Assembly: GCA_965243135.1 (NCBI GenBank)
Contig: OZ251539.1
Span: 3,808,001 to 3,872,000 of the forward strand
DNA: 64,000 nt
From: Alphaproteobacteria bacterium
GTDB lineage: Bacteria > Pseudomonadota > Alphaproteobacteria > MPNO01 > UBA830
Reading direction: 5' to 3'
The notes beneath the pieces are model-generated. The model was given only the letters and a program-made list of their open reading frames with translations. It had not been told where the DNA came from and ran no database searches. Positions within the stretch are counted from its first letter, which is position 1, and the number at the start of each line of letters is the position of its first letter. Positions 9,079 through 18,999 of the stretch are shown here, piece by piece. The translations under genes and the position numbers were made by a program.

Positions 9079-10080
9079 ATGCGCAGAATTATCGTGAGCG
9101 CCCTCTGCGGCGCGTGCCTGCTGGCTGCAGGATCCGCTTTCGCCAAGTGCGACAAGGGCGAGATGCACATCAAGTTCAGTCACGTCACCAACACCGACAA
9201 GCATCCGAAGGGAATCGCGGCGACGCTGCTCGCGCAACGGGTCAACGACGAGATGAACGGCAAGGCGTGCATGACCGTTTATCCGAACTCCAGCCTCTAC
9301 GACGACAACAAGGTGCTCGAGGCGATGCTGCGGGGCGACGTGCAGCTGGCGGCGCCGTCCCTGTCCAAGTTCGAGAAGTTCACGAAGAAGTTCCGCATTT
9401 TCGATCTGCCGTTCATGTTCAAGGACATCGCCGCGGTCGACCGCTTCCAGAATTCCGAATCGGGACAGGCGTTGAAGGATTCCATGAAGCGCCGCGGCCT
9501 TCAGGGCCTCGCCTTCTGGCACAACGGCATGAAGCAGCTGTCGGCCAACCGGGCGCTGACGTCGCCCGGCGACGCGAAGGGCCTGAAGTTCCGGGTGCAG
9601 GCTTCCGACGTCCTGGTGGCGCAGTTCATGGAGCTCGGCGCGAACCCGCAGAAGATGGCCTTCAAGGAAGTCTACGGCGCGTTGCAGACCAAGGTCGTCG
9701 ACGGGCAGGAGAACACTTGGTCCAACATTTACGGAAAGAAGTTCTTCGAGGTTCAGGACGGGATCACCGAGACCAATCACGGGATCATCGACTATCTGGT
9801 CGTCACGTCCGTCGAATGGTGGGATGGCCTGCCGAAGGACGTCCGTTCGCAGTTCGCGACGATTGTCCGGGAGGTGACCGATGCGCGCAACAAGGCAGCC
9901 TACGCCGTCAACCAGGAGAACAGGAAGAAGATCGTCGAGGCCGGCGCGACGATACGGAAGCTGACGGACGTCCAGCGCCAAGCCTGGATCGACGCGATGA
10001 AGCCCGTCTGGTCGAAGTTCGAGAAGGATATCGGCGCCGACATCATAGAAGCGGCGCAGGCCGCCAACGTCGGCAGCTGA
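9079..10080 (+). CDS. dctP: TRAP transporter solute-binding protein DctP
   Basis: Signal peptide, IKFSHV, HPKG, VYPNSSLY, GLKFRVQ, VDGQEN. Confidence 0.93.
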   Translation: MRRIIVSALCGACLLAAGSAFAKCDKGEMHIKFSHVTNTDKHPKGIAATLLAQRVNDEMNGKACMTVYPNSSLYDDNKVLEAMLRGDVQLAAPSLSKFEKFTKKFRIFDLPFMFKDIAAVDRFQNSESGQALKDSMKRRGLQGLAFWHNGMKQLSANRALTSPGDAKGLKFRVQASDVLVAQFMELGANPQKMAFKEVYGALQTKVVDGQENTWSNIYGKKFFEVQDGITETNHGIIDYLVVTSVEWWDGLPKDVRSQFATIVREVTDARNKAAYAVNQENRKKIVEAGATIRKLTDVQRQAWIDAMKPVWSKFEKDIGADIIEAAQAANVGS

Positions 10081-10131
10081 AATCCGACCGGGCCGGCGGG
10101 CGGACGGCGCGCCGGCCCGGAAGGCGGCATT

Positions 10132-10743
10132 GTGCGAAACTCAGACGGGAAGTTCGGGCGGTTCTCCGACGCGGTCGAGGAAACGCTGACCGCGATGCTC
10201 CTCGGGGCGATGACGGCGATCACCTTCGCGAACGTCGTGGCCCGCTACGTATTCAACGACAACATCCTGTGGGCGCTCGAGACGACGGTTTTCCTTTTCG
10301 CGTGGATGGTGCTGCTCGGCGCTTGCTACGGCGTAAAGAAGTGCCTGCATCTCGGCGTCGACATCCTCGTCTCGCGCCTGCGGCCGGGCATGCGGCGGAT
10401 ATTCGGCCTGGCCTCCGTCGCCGCCTGCCTGGCCTTCGCCGCGCTTCTGCTCGTCGGCAGTTGGGAGTACTGGTATCCGTTCGCTTCCAAACGGGCGTTC
10501 CTGGAAGTGAACGACGTTCCGATGCCGGGGTTTCTACAGTTTCTCGCGGACTGGATGAACGAGGGCGAAGCCTACGAAAAAATGCCGAAATTCATCCCCT
10601 ACGCGGCATTGCCGATCAGCATGTCGCTGATGACCTGGCGATTCCTCCAGGCGGGGATGCGCGTTCTGCGCGGCGACATCGACATGGTCATCGCCGCCCA
10701 CGAGGGTGACGATCCGGGCGCGCGGCCGGCGGAAGAGCGATGA
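10132..10743 (+). CDS. dctQ: TRAP transporter small permease DctQ
   Basis: NVVARYVFN..WALE..LFAWMVLLGA..HLGVD; lies between dctP and dctM. Confidence 0.9.
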   Translation: MRNSDGKFGRFSDAVEETLTAMLLGAMTAITFANVVARYVFNDNILWALETTVFLFAWMVLLGACYGVKKCLHLGVDILVSRLRPGMRRIFGLASVAACLAFAALLLVGSWEYWYPFASKRAFLEVNDVPMPGFLQFLADWMNEGEAYEKMPKFIPYAALPISMSLMTWRFLQAGMRVLRGDIDMVIAAHEGDDPGARPAEER

Positions 10744-12104
10744 CCGTCGCGCTCCTGTTCGGCGCGGTGATCGGCCTGATGGCGATCGGGGTTCCGGTCG
10801 CGGTGGCGCTCGGCTTGTCGAGCATCGGGTTTCTGCTGATCCATTCCGACGGCTCGCTCGCGTCGATCGCCCAGACCCTGTTCTCCGCCTTCGACGGGCA
10901 CTACACGCTTCTCGCGATCCCGTTCTTCATCCTGGCGTCCAGCTTCATGTCCACGGGCGGCGTCGCGCGGCGGATCATCCGCTTCGCCATCGCCGTGGTC
11001 GGGCATTTCAGGGGCGGACTGGCGATCGCGTCGGTCTTCGCATGCATGATGTTCGCCGCGCTGTCGGGCTCGTCTCCGGCCACCGTGGTCGCCATCGGCT
11101 CGATCGTGATCGCCGGAATGCGCGAAGTGGGATACTCCCGGGAATTCGCCGCCGGCGTCATCTGCAATGCCGGCACGCTGGGCATCCTCATCCCGCCGTC
11201 CATCGTCATGGTGGTGTACGCGGCGGCAACGGACGTGTCGGTCGGGCGCATGTTCCTCGGCGGAGTGATTCCGGGCCTGATCGCCGGACTGATGCTGATG
11301 GCCGGCATATACGCGGCCGCCGTCGTTCGCGGCCTGCCGCGCCAACCCTGGGCCGGATGGCGCGAACTGATCGCGTCCGGCGCGAGCGCGTTCTGGGGGC
11401 TGCTGCTGATCTTCATCATCCTGGGCGGAATTTACGGCGGCGTATTCACGCCGACCGAAGCTGCCGCGGTGGCGGCCGTCTACGCCTTTCTCGTCGCGAC
11501 GTTCGTCTACCGCGACATGGGACCGTTCGCGGAGAAAGGCGCGGGCGGTTTGGCGGTCGTTCCCCGCGCCGTTTCGGCCCTGTGGCATCCCGACACCAGG
11601 AAGACGCTCTTCGAAGCCGGCAAGCTGACCGTCGCGCTCATGTTCATCATCGCCAACGCGCTGATCCTGAAGCACGTGCTGACGGAGGAGCGCATCCCGC
11701 AAGCGATCGCCGAGACGATGCTCGCCGCCGGCTTCGGACCGGTGATGTTTCTCGTGGCCGTCAACGTCCTTCTGCTGATCGGCGGGCAATTCATGGAGCC
11801 CTCCGGGCTTCTGGTCATCGTCGCGCCGCTAGTGTTTCCCATCGCCATGGAACTGGGGATAGATCCCATTCATCTCGGGATCATCATGGTGGTCAACATG
11901 GAAATCGGCATGATCACGCCGCCGGTGGGACTGAACCTGTTCGTCACGGCCGGCGTGGCCTCGATGTCGGTGCTCAGGGTGGTCCAGGCCGCGTTGCCGT
12001 GGGTGGGCATCATGTTCGTCTTCCTGATTCTGGTGACCTACGTGCCCTGGATATCCACGTGGCTGCCCACCGCTTTCATGGGGCCGGAAATCGTCACCAG
12101 ATGA
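10740..12104 (+). CDS. dctM: TRAP transporter large permease DctM
   Basis: LLAIPFFILA, SGSSPATV, GTLGILIPPSI, TPTEAA, ITPPVGLNLFV. Confidence 0.95.
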   Translation: MTVALLFGAVIGLMAIGVPVAVALGLSSIGFLLIHSDGSLASIAQTLFSAFDGHYTLLAIPFFILASSFMSTGGVARRIIRFAIAVVGHFRGGLAIASVFACMMFAALSGSSPATVVAIGSIVIAGMREVGYSREFAAGVICNAGTLGILIPPSIVMVVYAAATDVSVGRMFLGGVIPGLIAGLMLMAGIYAAAVVRGLPRQPWAGWRELIASGASAFWGLLLIFIILGGIYGGVFTPTEAAAVAAVYAFLVATFVYRDMGPFAEKGAGGLAVVPRAVSALWHPDTRKTLFEAGKLTVALMFIIANALILKHVLTEERIPQAIAETMLAAGFGPVMFLVAVNVLLLIGGQFMEPSGLLVIVAPLVFPIAMELGIDPIHLGIIMVVNMEIGMITPPVGLNLFVTAGVASMSVLRVVQAALPWVGIMFVFLILVTYVPWISTWLPTAFMGPEIVTR

Positions 12105-12177
12105 GCGCCTCGGCCTCGAGCGACCGGCGGACGCGGCCGACGAACGACGACCGGCGCCGTGCGCGCAAGCCCGCGGG

Positions 12178-12351
12178 ATGATCCACCACATCCTTCCGGG
12201 AATGCGCGTCCGCCACCCGCTCCGGCCGGACTGGGGGTTGGGTCAGGTGCAATCCGTCGACGGCGCGCGGATCACGGTAAATTTCGAGGAGGCGGGAAAG
12301 CGGTTGATAAACGGCGAGGTGGTCGAGCTTGAGATCGTCTCGGAAAGCTGA
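12178..12351 (+). CDS. DUF3553 family small protein (57 aa, below the ORF-track cutoff)
   Basis: Hand translation: MIHHILPGMRVRHPLRPDWGLGQVQSVDGARITVNFEEAGKRLINGEVVELEIVSES. Confidence 0.8.
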   Translation: MIHHILPGMRVRHPLRPDWGLGQVQSVDGARITVNFEEAGKRLINGEVVELEIVSES

Positions 12352-12672
12352 GAGCCGGAGCGCTGCGGGCGCCCCGCGAAAAAGCTGCCTCTGGCCGCTC
12401 TCCCGTCCCCGGCGGAACGGCGCTTCCCGGCGGCGGTTTCTCGTGCGGAAGAGCAGGGCGCGGCCTGCGCCGGAAGCGGTTGAACGTTCGTAACGTCTTG
12501 AATTGCGAACGGCTTTCTGGGTTGCGCCCCGCCAACGGCTCCCACTGCGCCGACGACGAATTGTTCGGCCGAGAGAGCAAACGGCCTTTTCGCAAGCTTC
12601 CCGCGTTACCGAAAGAGACGGCTCGCAGAGGCGGAATTGCCCGGGAAGGGCGGAATTCGCCCTTGATGCTCC

Positions 12673-12757
12673 TGGTGCGGGCGGCCGGACTCGAACCGGC
12701 AAGGCCGAAGCCGAGGGATTTTAAGTCCCTTGTGTTTACCTGTTTCACCACGCCCGC
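12673..12757 (-). tRNA. tRNA-Leu (anticodon UAA)
   Basis: GCGGGCG acceptor stem, anticodon arm GGGA-CTTAAAA-TCCC, long variable arm, GGTTCGAGTCC T-loop, encoded CCA end. Confidence 0.96.
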
Positions 12758-12929
12758 ATGAAGCGAAGAATATGCGACCTCGCGCGCCCGGAAAAGGCGT
12801 CGCCGATGCAGGGACGTACAAACTATGCGTCAGCCGAAAAAGGTTCCCCGCGCGGCGCGTCGAAAATCGCCCCGAACCGTGGCGACATCCTTCGGCTTTT
12901 TTCGTCCCTGACTGCGTTGCCCCCTCCTC

Positions 12930-13215
12930 AGCCTCGCGCTCCGGGTTCGTAACGCTTGACGCCGATGTTGCCGTCGAGCTGCAGCATGACATGACCCTCG
13001 TCCCATGCGTAGCAAAGTATCCTTCGACACGCCGAAAGCCTTCTCTATTCTGAACGTCGTTTCCGGCGACAGACTCGCATTCTCGTTCAGGAGGCCGGAC
13101 GGCGTGGCTCGGCGCACCCCCGACCTCGGCCGCATGGGTAGTCGAGTTCCTCCAGGATTTCGGCGCGAACGAAACTGCCGGGATGCGGCGACCTTCAATC
13201 CTTCCCCGTCCATCA
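12930..13215 (-). pseudogene. HigA-family antitoxin, degraded
   Basis: GVRRATPSGLLNENASLSPETTFRIEKAFGVSKDTLLRM; C-terminal IGVKRYEP in another frame. Confidence 0.7.
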
Positions 13216-13249
13216 GCGACAGCCCTCCAAGTCCGCGACATCTCCGTTC

Positions 13250-13412
13250 GTCGTTGTGCAGCTAACCCCGGGATGCAGTCCGCAAAGACCCGTTCCGCGA
13301 ATCGAAGATTTTTCGCGGCGGCGTTCGCCGTTCGAGAGCGTGACGCCGAGGGCTGAACCGCTCTGGCCTCGTGCCGCGACGTCCGAACGCGGAACGGTTA
13401 TGTCGGCGCGCG
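13250..13412 (-). repeat. Copy 1 of a ~170-bp element; inverted copy at about 17697-17870
   Basis: Reverse complement shares GACATAACCGTTCCGCGTTCGG, CAGCCCTC.GCGTCACGCTC and GCGAAAAA(A)TCTTCGATTCGCGGAACGG with the second copy. Confidence 0.8.
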
Positions 13413-13576
13413 TCCAAGAGAACCACACCCAAAGCCGCATGCTACGGGGCGAGCAAACCATGAGAGTTTGGCGCAACGCTGGGCGCGTCTGCGCGTCTGG
13501 CGCAGCTGCCCATCGGGAGGGTATTCTGCGGACTGTTTCCGCCGTTCGAAAAGCGCATTGAGGAAAGGATAACGAA

Positions 13577-14635
13577 GTGACCGGTGCCCAGCCCTACGTC
13601 TTCACGGCGGCGCGCCCGCGCCCCGAGCGGCGCAGCAAACCCGACGCCTTCACGGTCGACATACATTGCCATGTGCATGTTCCCGAGGCCGCCGACATCG
13701 CGGCGCCGTTTTTCAGGCCGGAACTGGAGCCCGCGCTCCTGTTCGCCGGCGAGCTGTCTCGCGAGGTCAACGCGCGGCAGAACGCCGATCGCATGCCGCA
13801 CCTCACCACGGTCGATCACCGTCTCGACGACATGGACGAAATGGGCATCGATCTGCAGACGATCATCCCCCCGCCCTTTCAAGCGTATTACTGGCTGGAT
13901 CCCGATATCGGCATGAAGGCGGCCCGGGCGGTCAACGACGGGCTCGCCGAGATCGTCGACCGCCTCCCCGACCGCTTCGTCGCCTTGGGCACGGTGCCGC
14001 TTCAAGACGTGGACATGGCGGTCGCCGAGCTCGAAAGGGGGGCGACTCAACTCGGTCTCAAGGGGTTCCAGATTCTCACCAACGTCAACGGTTCGGAAAT
14101 CTCGAACGCACGGCTCGACCCGTTCTGGGAAAAGGCGCAGGCGCTCGACACGCTGATATTCATTCATCCCAACGGCTTCACCTCGGCCCAACGCTTCACG
14201 GAGCATTACTTCAACAACGTAATCGGCAATCCGCTGGAGACGACCGTCGCGGTGCATCGCCTGATTTTCGACGGCGTGATGGAGCGATACCCGGACCTTC
14301 GCATCCTGCTGGCCCATGGAGGCGGTTATCTTCCGGCCTATTCAGGGCGAATCGACCATGTATGGGGAGCGCGAGAAGACGGTCGGGTGAACATACCGCA
14401 CCCGCCGACATCCTATCTGAAGAAGATGTGGCTCGACACCGTCGTCTTCACGCCGCACCAACTGAAGTACCTGATCGACCAATACGGCGCCGCCAAGGTC
14501 GTGATGGGAACGGACTATCCTTACGACATGGGCGATTACGATCCCGTCGGGCTCGTGGAATCGGTCGACGCTTTGGCGAAGGAAGACAAGGAAGCCATCT
14601 GGGGGGGCAACGCCAAAGCGCTCCTCAAGCTGTAG
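13577..14635 (+). CDS. Amidohydrolase_2 family protein (ACMSD-like decarboxylase/hydratase)
   Basis: DIHCH, FIHP, LAHGGGYLP, GTDYPYD motifs. Confidence 0.9.
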   Translation: MTGAQPYVFTAARPRPERRSKPDAFTVDIHCHVHVPEAADIAAPFFRPELEPALLFAGELSREVNARQNADRMPHLTTVDHRLDDMDEMGIDLQTIIPPPFQAYYWLDPDIGMKAARAVNDGLAEIVDRLPDRFVALGTVPLQDVDMAVAELERGATQLGLKGFQILTNVNGSEISNARLDPFWEKAQALDTLIFIHPNGFTSAQRFTEHYFNNVIGNPLETTVAVHRLIFDGVMERYPDLRILLAHGGGYLPAYSGRIDHVWGAREDGRVNIPHPPTSYLKKMWLDTVVFTPHQLKYLIDQYGAAKVVMGTDYPYDMGDYDPVGLVESVDALAKEDKEAIWGGNAKALLKL

Positions 14636-15005
14636 ACGGTTCGGAGACGTGGGCCGCGACGATGCGCCATCCTTCGGGCCTGCGCGCCCATGTCTGGCTC
14701 TGTCGGCCTACGGCGTCGTTGCCGGGGCGAATCCACTCGGCGTTCGCGACGGCGAAGTCGCGGCCGAAGGTCGTGATGCGGATATTTTTCAGGGCACGCC
14801 GCCACGGACCTGCGTTGCGATTGCGGCGGAACGCCGAGAGCGCCGCATGCCCCACGAGCGTGCCGTTGGGACCGTAGCGCAGCGTTCTTTCGTCGTTCCA
14901 GAAAAGTTCGTCGATCCGGTCGACGTCGTTCGCGAGCAGGGCTTCTTCATACGCCATGAACGCTTCCCTGACCTCTGCGACAACCTCCGGCAGGTCGATT
15001 TCCAT
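14625..15005 (-). CDS. AtzH-like / HpxZ (DUF3225) protein
   Basis: IDLPEVVAEV..YEEAL..LFW..RYG, GRQSQTW..GWRIVAAHVS. Confidence 0.88.
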   Translation of the reverse strand: MEIDLPEVVAEVREAFMAYEEALLANDVDRIDELFWNDERTLRYGPNGTLVGHAALSAFRRNRNAGPWRRALKNIRITTFGRDFAVANAEWIRPGNDAVGRQSQTWARRPEGWRIVAAHVSEPSTA

Positions 15006-15554
15006 CTTCGCCTCCTGACTTGCTGCGGCAGGTTATAGCGGAAAGCCGGAGCATCCTCGACGATCGACGGTGCCGCTCGCCCTGCCGCGGACGCGCGAAG
15101 ACGGAGGGTTTCGACCCGGCAAAGTCCGAATAGCGCGACGCGGTCCTCAGGGGGACGATACGCGCCGGGCGAGTCCATCTTTTCTGTCCGTCCGGCGACC
15201 TGCAAAGCGGATGCCGACCCGGGCGGTTCAAAGCATCCGGCCGCGAAAACCGGCTGCGACCCAGGACAGCACGTTCGCGGCATTTCAGCGACCGCCGCGA
15301 ACGACGGCCTCGCGATTTCCGACGACGGCATGCGGAATGCGCGAATCCCTTCGTTCGGGCAAGCCGGGCATTCTTTTTCGTCACCGTTTGACGACGGAAA
15401 GCGAGAGTGCATCTTACGGCGGTGGAAGCGGTTCCGCCGGAAGGCAGGCGCCCACGATCGACGCCGCCGCGTGGGCGCGCCGAAGAAGGGCGTCTTCCGC
15501 ATCCGCAGGGGAAAACGGACGCTGCGCGAACAGGGCGTCTTCGGAGCGAAAGCG

Positions 15555-16373
15555 ATGAACCAGACAGGCGAAACGAGCGCCACCGTCAAGGCGGCCATGA
15601 CCTACGCGGTCGATACGGGCGAGAAGATCGTCAACGAGACGATGAGCGCCGGCGACATGAGCCGGCGCCGATCAGGGACCGTTTCGCGTCACGAGGTCGT
15701 CGTTCGCAACGGACGCTTGCGCGATTTTCATCTGGAAACCAACGGTTTCGAGTTCGTCGATCATCCCACGGCGGTAACGGACTTCTTCGATCAGGACGAA
15801 CTGAGGGCCGTATACTATCCGGAAGCGGGAGCGCTGGTGAAGGAACGGACCGGCGCGGCTCGCGTCCATGTCTTCGACCACACGCTGCGTTCCGGCGATC
15901 AGGAGACGCGGGATCGCAGGCATGTACGCGAGCCGGTGGACCGGGTTCACAACGATTACACCGAATGGTCCGGTCCGAACCGGGTTCGCGAACTTCTTCC
16001 GGACGAGGCGGATGCGTTGCTGAAACGGCGGTTCGCCATTGTCCAGGTCTGGCGCGCCATTCGCGACCCCATCGAGTCGGACCCGCTCGCGATATGCGAC
16101 GCGCGCAGCATCGCCGCGGAAGACTTGCTTGTCTCCGAGCGGCGCTACCCGCATCGGGTGGGGCAAACCTATCAGGTCGCGTGGAACAAGGATCACGAAT
16201 GGTACTACTTTCCGCGCATGACGCGGGACGAAGCGCTCGTATTCAAGGTTTACGATTCCGCGACGGACGGACGGGCGCGTTTCACCGCACACAGCGCCTT
16301 TACGGATCCCGCGGCGCGGCCCGACGGTCCGCCCCGCGAGAGCATCGAGATGCGGACTTTCGCCTTTTTCTGA
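15555..16373 (+). CDS. CmcJ/NvfI/AsaB-like oxidoreductase
   Basis: GFEFVDHPT, YYPE, VFDHTLR, VHNDYT, QVWR, PLAICDARS, WYYFPRM, HSAF..RESIEMR. Confidence 0.8.
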   Translation: MNQTGETSATVKAAMTYAVDTGEKIVNETMSAGDMSRRRSGTVSRHEVVVRNGRLRDFHLETNGFEFVDHPTAVTDFFDQDELRAVYYPEAGALVKERTGAARVHVFDHTLRSGDQETRDRRHVREPVDRVHNDYTEWSGPNRVRELLPDEADALLKRRFAIVQVWRAIRDPIESDPLAICDARSIAAEDLLVSERRYPHRVGQTYQVAWNKDHEWYYFPRMTRDEALVFKVYDSATDGRARFTAHSAFTDPAARPDGPPRESIEMRTFAFF

Positions 16374-17493
16374 TCTGCCTTCGTCCGCCGCGAGCATCTT
16401 TCTTCGCTCCAGGCGCAACGTCTCTCGAGCATCGCCGTTCTTCGAGTCGGAGATAGCGGGCTCCGCGGCAGTCGTCCGTGCTGGCGATCAATTGGAAACG
16501 CTGCGGCCACTGCAGCGGACGGTGCAAGCCGCACTCTCCGCCAAGACATGCGCCCGAACTCCGTATCGGGCGGCACCCGTGCCGGAGCCGAACCGGAAAC
16601 TACCTCTCCCGGCTGGCATGCACAGGCCGGACGCAACCGTTTTCGCCGGATCCTTCGAACGCAAACGCGAACCCGAACCTCGACGAGAGCCGTCTCCCCG
16701 TTCGAGATTCTGGGCCTGCCGCAGCTTTGACGCGAGTCTGGAGCGGACTCCTCCTCGACAACAGGCAGGTCAGGACGCGGCGTGCACGACAGCATTCCCC
16801 AGCACCCCCTCGGCGCGGATCGGCGCCCACCGCCCGCTACCGCGCCCGAACAACCGCCGGACCAACTTGCGGGCGTGGGATCTTCAGCCCTCTTCGCCAT
16901 CCCCAGTTCCCGACGCAGGTGCGTCGCCTCGCGTTCCTTCTGCAGAATTCCGACCAGCGCCACCGCCCGGCGGAATCCTCTCCGCCGCCTCCCCGCACGA
17001 CACTTCTCAACTTCACGGATCGCGCTCTCCAGCACCAAGCGGAGATCCGAGTTCTCCCGGAGTGCCGCAGCCAGAGTCTGGTCCGGCTGCCCGATCTCCC
17101 CGGCCTTCAGCTTGGTCCCACATTTGCATCCTTCAGATCAACCGGGACAAGATAAGACCGACGCTAATCATCAAAATTGGAGAAATTTTCCGGTTGATCG
17201 GCGTTTGAGCAGTTCGGTACTCATTGGTAACTTGAGATGGATTTGGTAAAATTCTCACACAGTTTTGGTTCGAGAAAACAAACTTGACCAGTCAAGAGTT
17301 TCAGAAAGATGAAACGACGAAGCTGCAGTCCCCTTATGTGGTTCGACGATAAAATGAGTAGTTCTATTGCGCGCCGTCATCGATCTTCCTCCATCCTTCG
17401 AATTTCCATTGATCGCGAATTGCGATCTGCTTGATGCCAGATCCACTTGGTTCTAGTTGATCTATAATTTCGGTTGCCTCTATTTCGCCAACT

Positions 17494-17667
17494 GAAACAA
17501 ACGCTCATGATCGGCACCTGCTCATTCCGTAGCATGTAACTGGCCCTACGTCCTGCCCGCTGGTTGGGCTATTGGGCGGCATGTGGACGACTTTTTGTGG
17601 TGAACGCTGGTTTCCCGAAAACAAACTCTCATGATCGGTGCCTGCTCGGCCCGTAGCATGTAACTGG
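17494..17667. repeat. Two imperfect 50-bp direct repeats (17494-17543 and 17618-17667)
   Basis: AAACAAAC(G/T)CTCATGATCGG..CCTGCTC...CCGTAGCATGTAACTGG; about 43/50 identical, offset 124 bp. Confidence 0.75.
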
Positions 17668-17696
17668 TGGTTTTGCTGGCATCGCGCCGCTATCAT

Positions 17697-17870
17697 GCGC
17701 AGACATAACCGTTCCGCGTTCGGGGCGTCGCGGCGTGAAGACAGGGCTATACGGGGCAGCCCTCAGCGTCACGCTCCCGAATTCTCGAACGGCGAGGGCC
17801 GCTGCGAAAAAATCTTCGATTCGCGGAACGGATTTTTATGGCCTGCGGCTCGGGGTAGTTACACAACAAA
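17697..17870 (+). repeat. Copy 2 of the ~170-bp element (inverted relative to 13250-13412)
   Basis: Direct sequence comparison with the reverse complement of copy 1. Confidence 0.8.
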
Positions 17871-18161
17871 CTGTGCCAACGGCCTCAAGCCCCGTATTGT
17901 TCCCGGCTCCGCGCTGTGGACGTACAGCAAAATGATCCGCGCCGAACCGGTGCGTGACTTTCGTTCCGAAGGTTACCCGCACCCGCCAACTCTCACATGG
18001 AGGCGTCGATGTTAACCGACAAGACGCACGTTGTCCACCCGCGCGCAGTGGGAGATCGATGCGCTGTCAACACTCCAAGCTTGCGGACCGCCCGGCTTCG
18101 GATGCGCGCCAAGTCGTGCTATTTTGTATCGGTAGCATGAATGCGTGATATGGAGACCGAC

Positions 18162-18419
18162 ATGGGAACCGTCCGCAAGACCATTACACTGACCGATCAG
18201 CAGGATCGTTGGGTCAACGTGCGGACCGCCGCCTGCGGCTTTACCGACGACAGCGAATGCATCCGCGACCTGATCCGCCGCGAGCAAGGGCGGAACGCTA
18301 CATTTCGGGCGCTCGAAACCGCAGTCCGGGAAGGCATCGACAGCGGCGTAAGCGACAAGACCGTGCCGGGGATCATGGAGGAAGTCGAAGCCCGGCTCCG
18401 CGCCGATGGCCGCCTATAG
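18162..18419 (+). CDS. parD: ParD-like ribbon-helix-helix antitoxin
   Basis: MGTVRKTITLTDQQDRWV...SECIRDLIRREQ...EGIDSG. Confidence 0.8.
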   Translation: MGTVRKTITLTDQQDRWVNVRTAACGFTDDSECIRDLIRREQGRNATFRALETAVREGIDSGVSDKTVPGIMEEVEARLRADGRL

Positions 18420-18890
18420 GCCGACGCAGCCGAAGACCTCGACAGCATCCATGAGTAGATGATCACGAATTTCGGGTTGGAGCGGGCGCGAGACTACTTG
18501 AACGGCCTGCGCCAGCGTTTCGGCGGTCTCGCGGAGCGTCCGACGCTCGGATTCGACGGCCCACGGGCATCGGACGATTTCATGAGCGATTGCGCGCAGC
18601 CGCCAATGCAGGAACGCGAAGGCATGTCGGTGTTCCGCTATATGCTCGACACGAACATCTGCGTTTACGTCATCAACGACCGGCCAAGTCAGGCGGATCT
18701 TCAACGAGCGTGCGGAGCAATTGTGCATTTCGTCGGTCAGTCTGGCGAAGCTGCATTACGGCGCGGCAAAATCCGAATCGTCGGCACGAAACCTCGGCGT
18801 GGTCGGATCTTTCGCCGCGCAGCTGGAGGTCCTTCCGTTCGAAGAAAAGCGGCGGCCGCATTATAGTGAAATCAGGGCCGGATCTTCCAG
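18406..18890 (+). pseudogene. Fused remnants of parE', the vapB C-terminus and a frameshifted vapC
   Basis: AAEDLDSIHE*MITNFGLERARDYL (ParE), FDGPRASDDFM..QPPMQERE (VapB tail), YMLDTNICVYVI and CISSVSLAKLHYGAAKS (VapC PIN). Confidence 0.72.
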
Positions 18891-18999
18891 CGTGCGGTTG
18901 CCGTGGTCGATTTCCATAGTAACCCGCACAAGCGATATCGCATGACGTCCACAATCGCAGGGCGGAAGCGTGTATCCTCTCGATCCTCGGCGTGTGTTC

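Noticed and set aside
12673-12757. tRNA-Leu as an island integration site
   Set aside because: No duplicated tRNA 3' end or adjacent integrase seen; its 3' side faces core genes.
16480-17130. Possible IS66-like transposase remnant on the minus strand
   Set aside because: Only faint resemblance; no DDE motifs or terminal repeats could be confirmed.
17494-17667. CRISPR array
   Set aside because: Only two repeats, 50 bp long, a 74-bp spacer and no cas genes.
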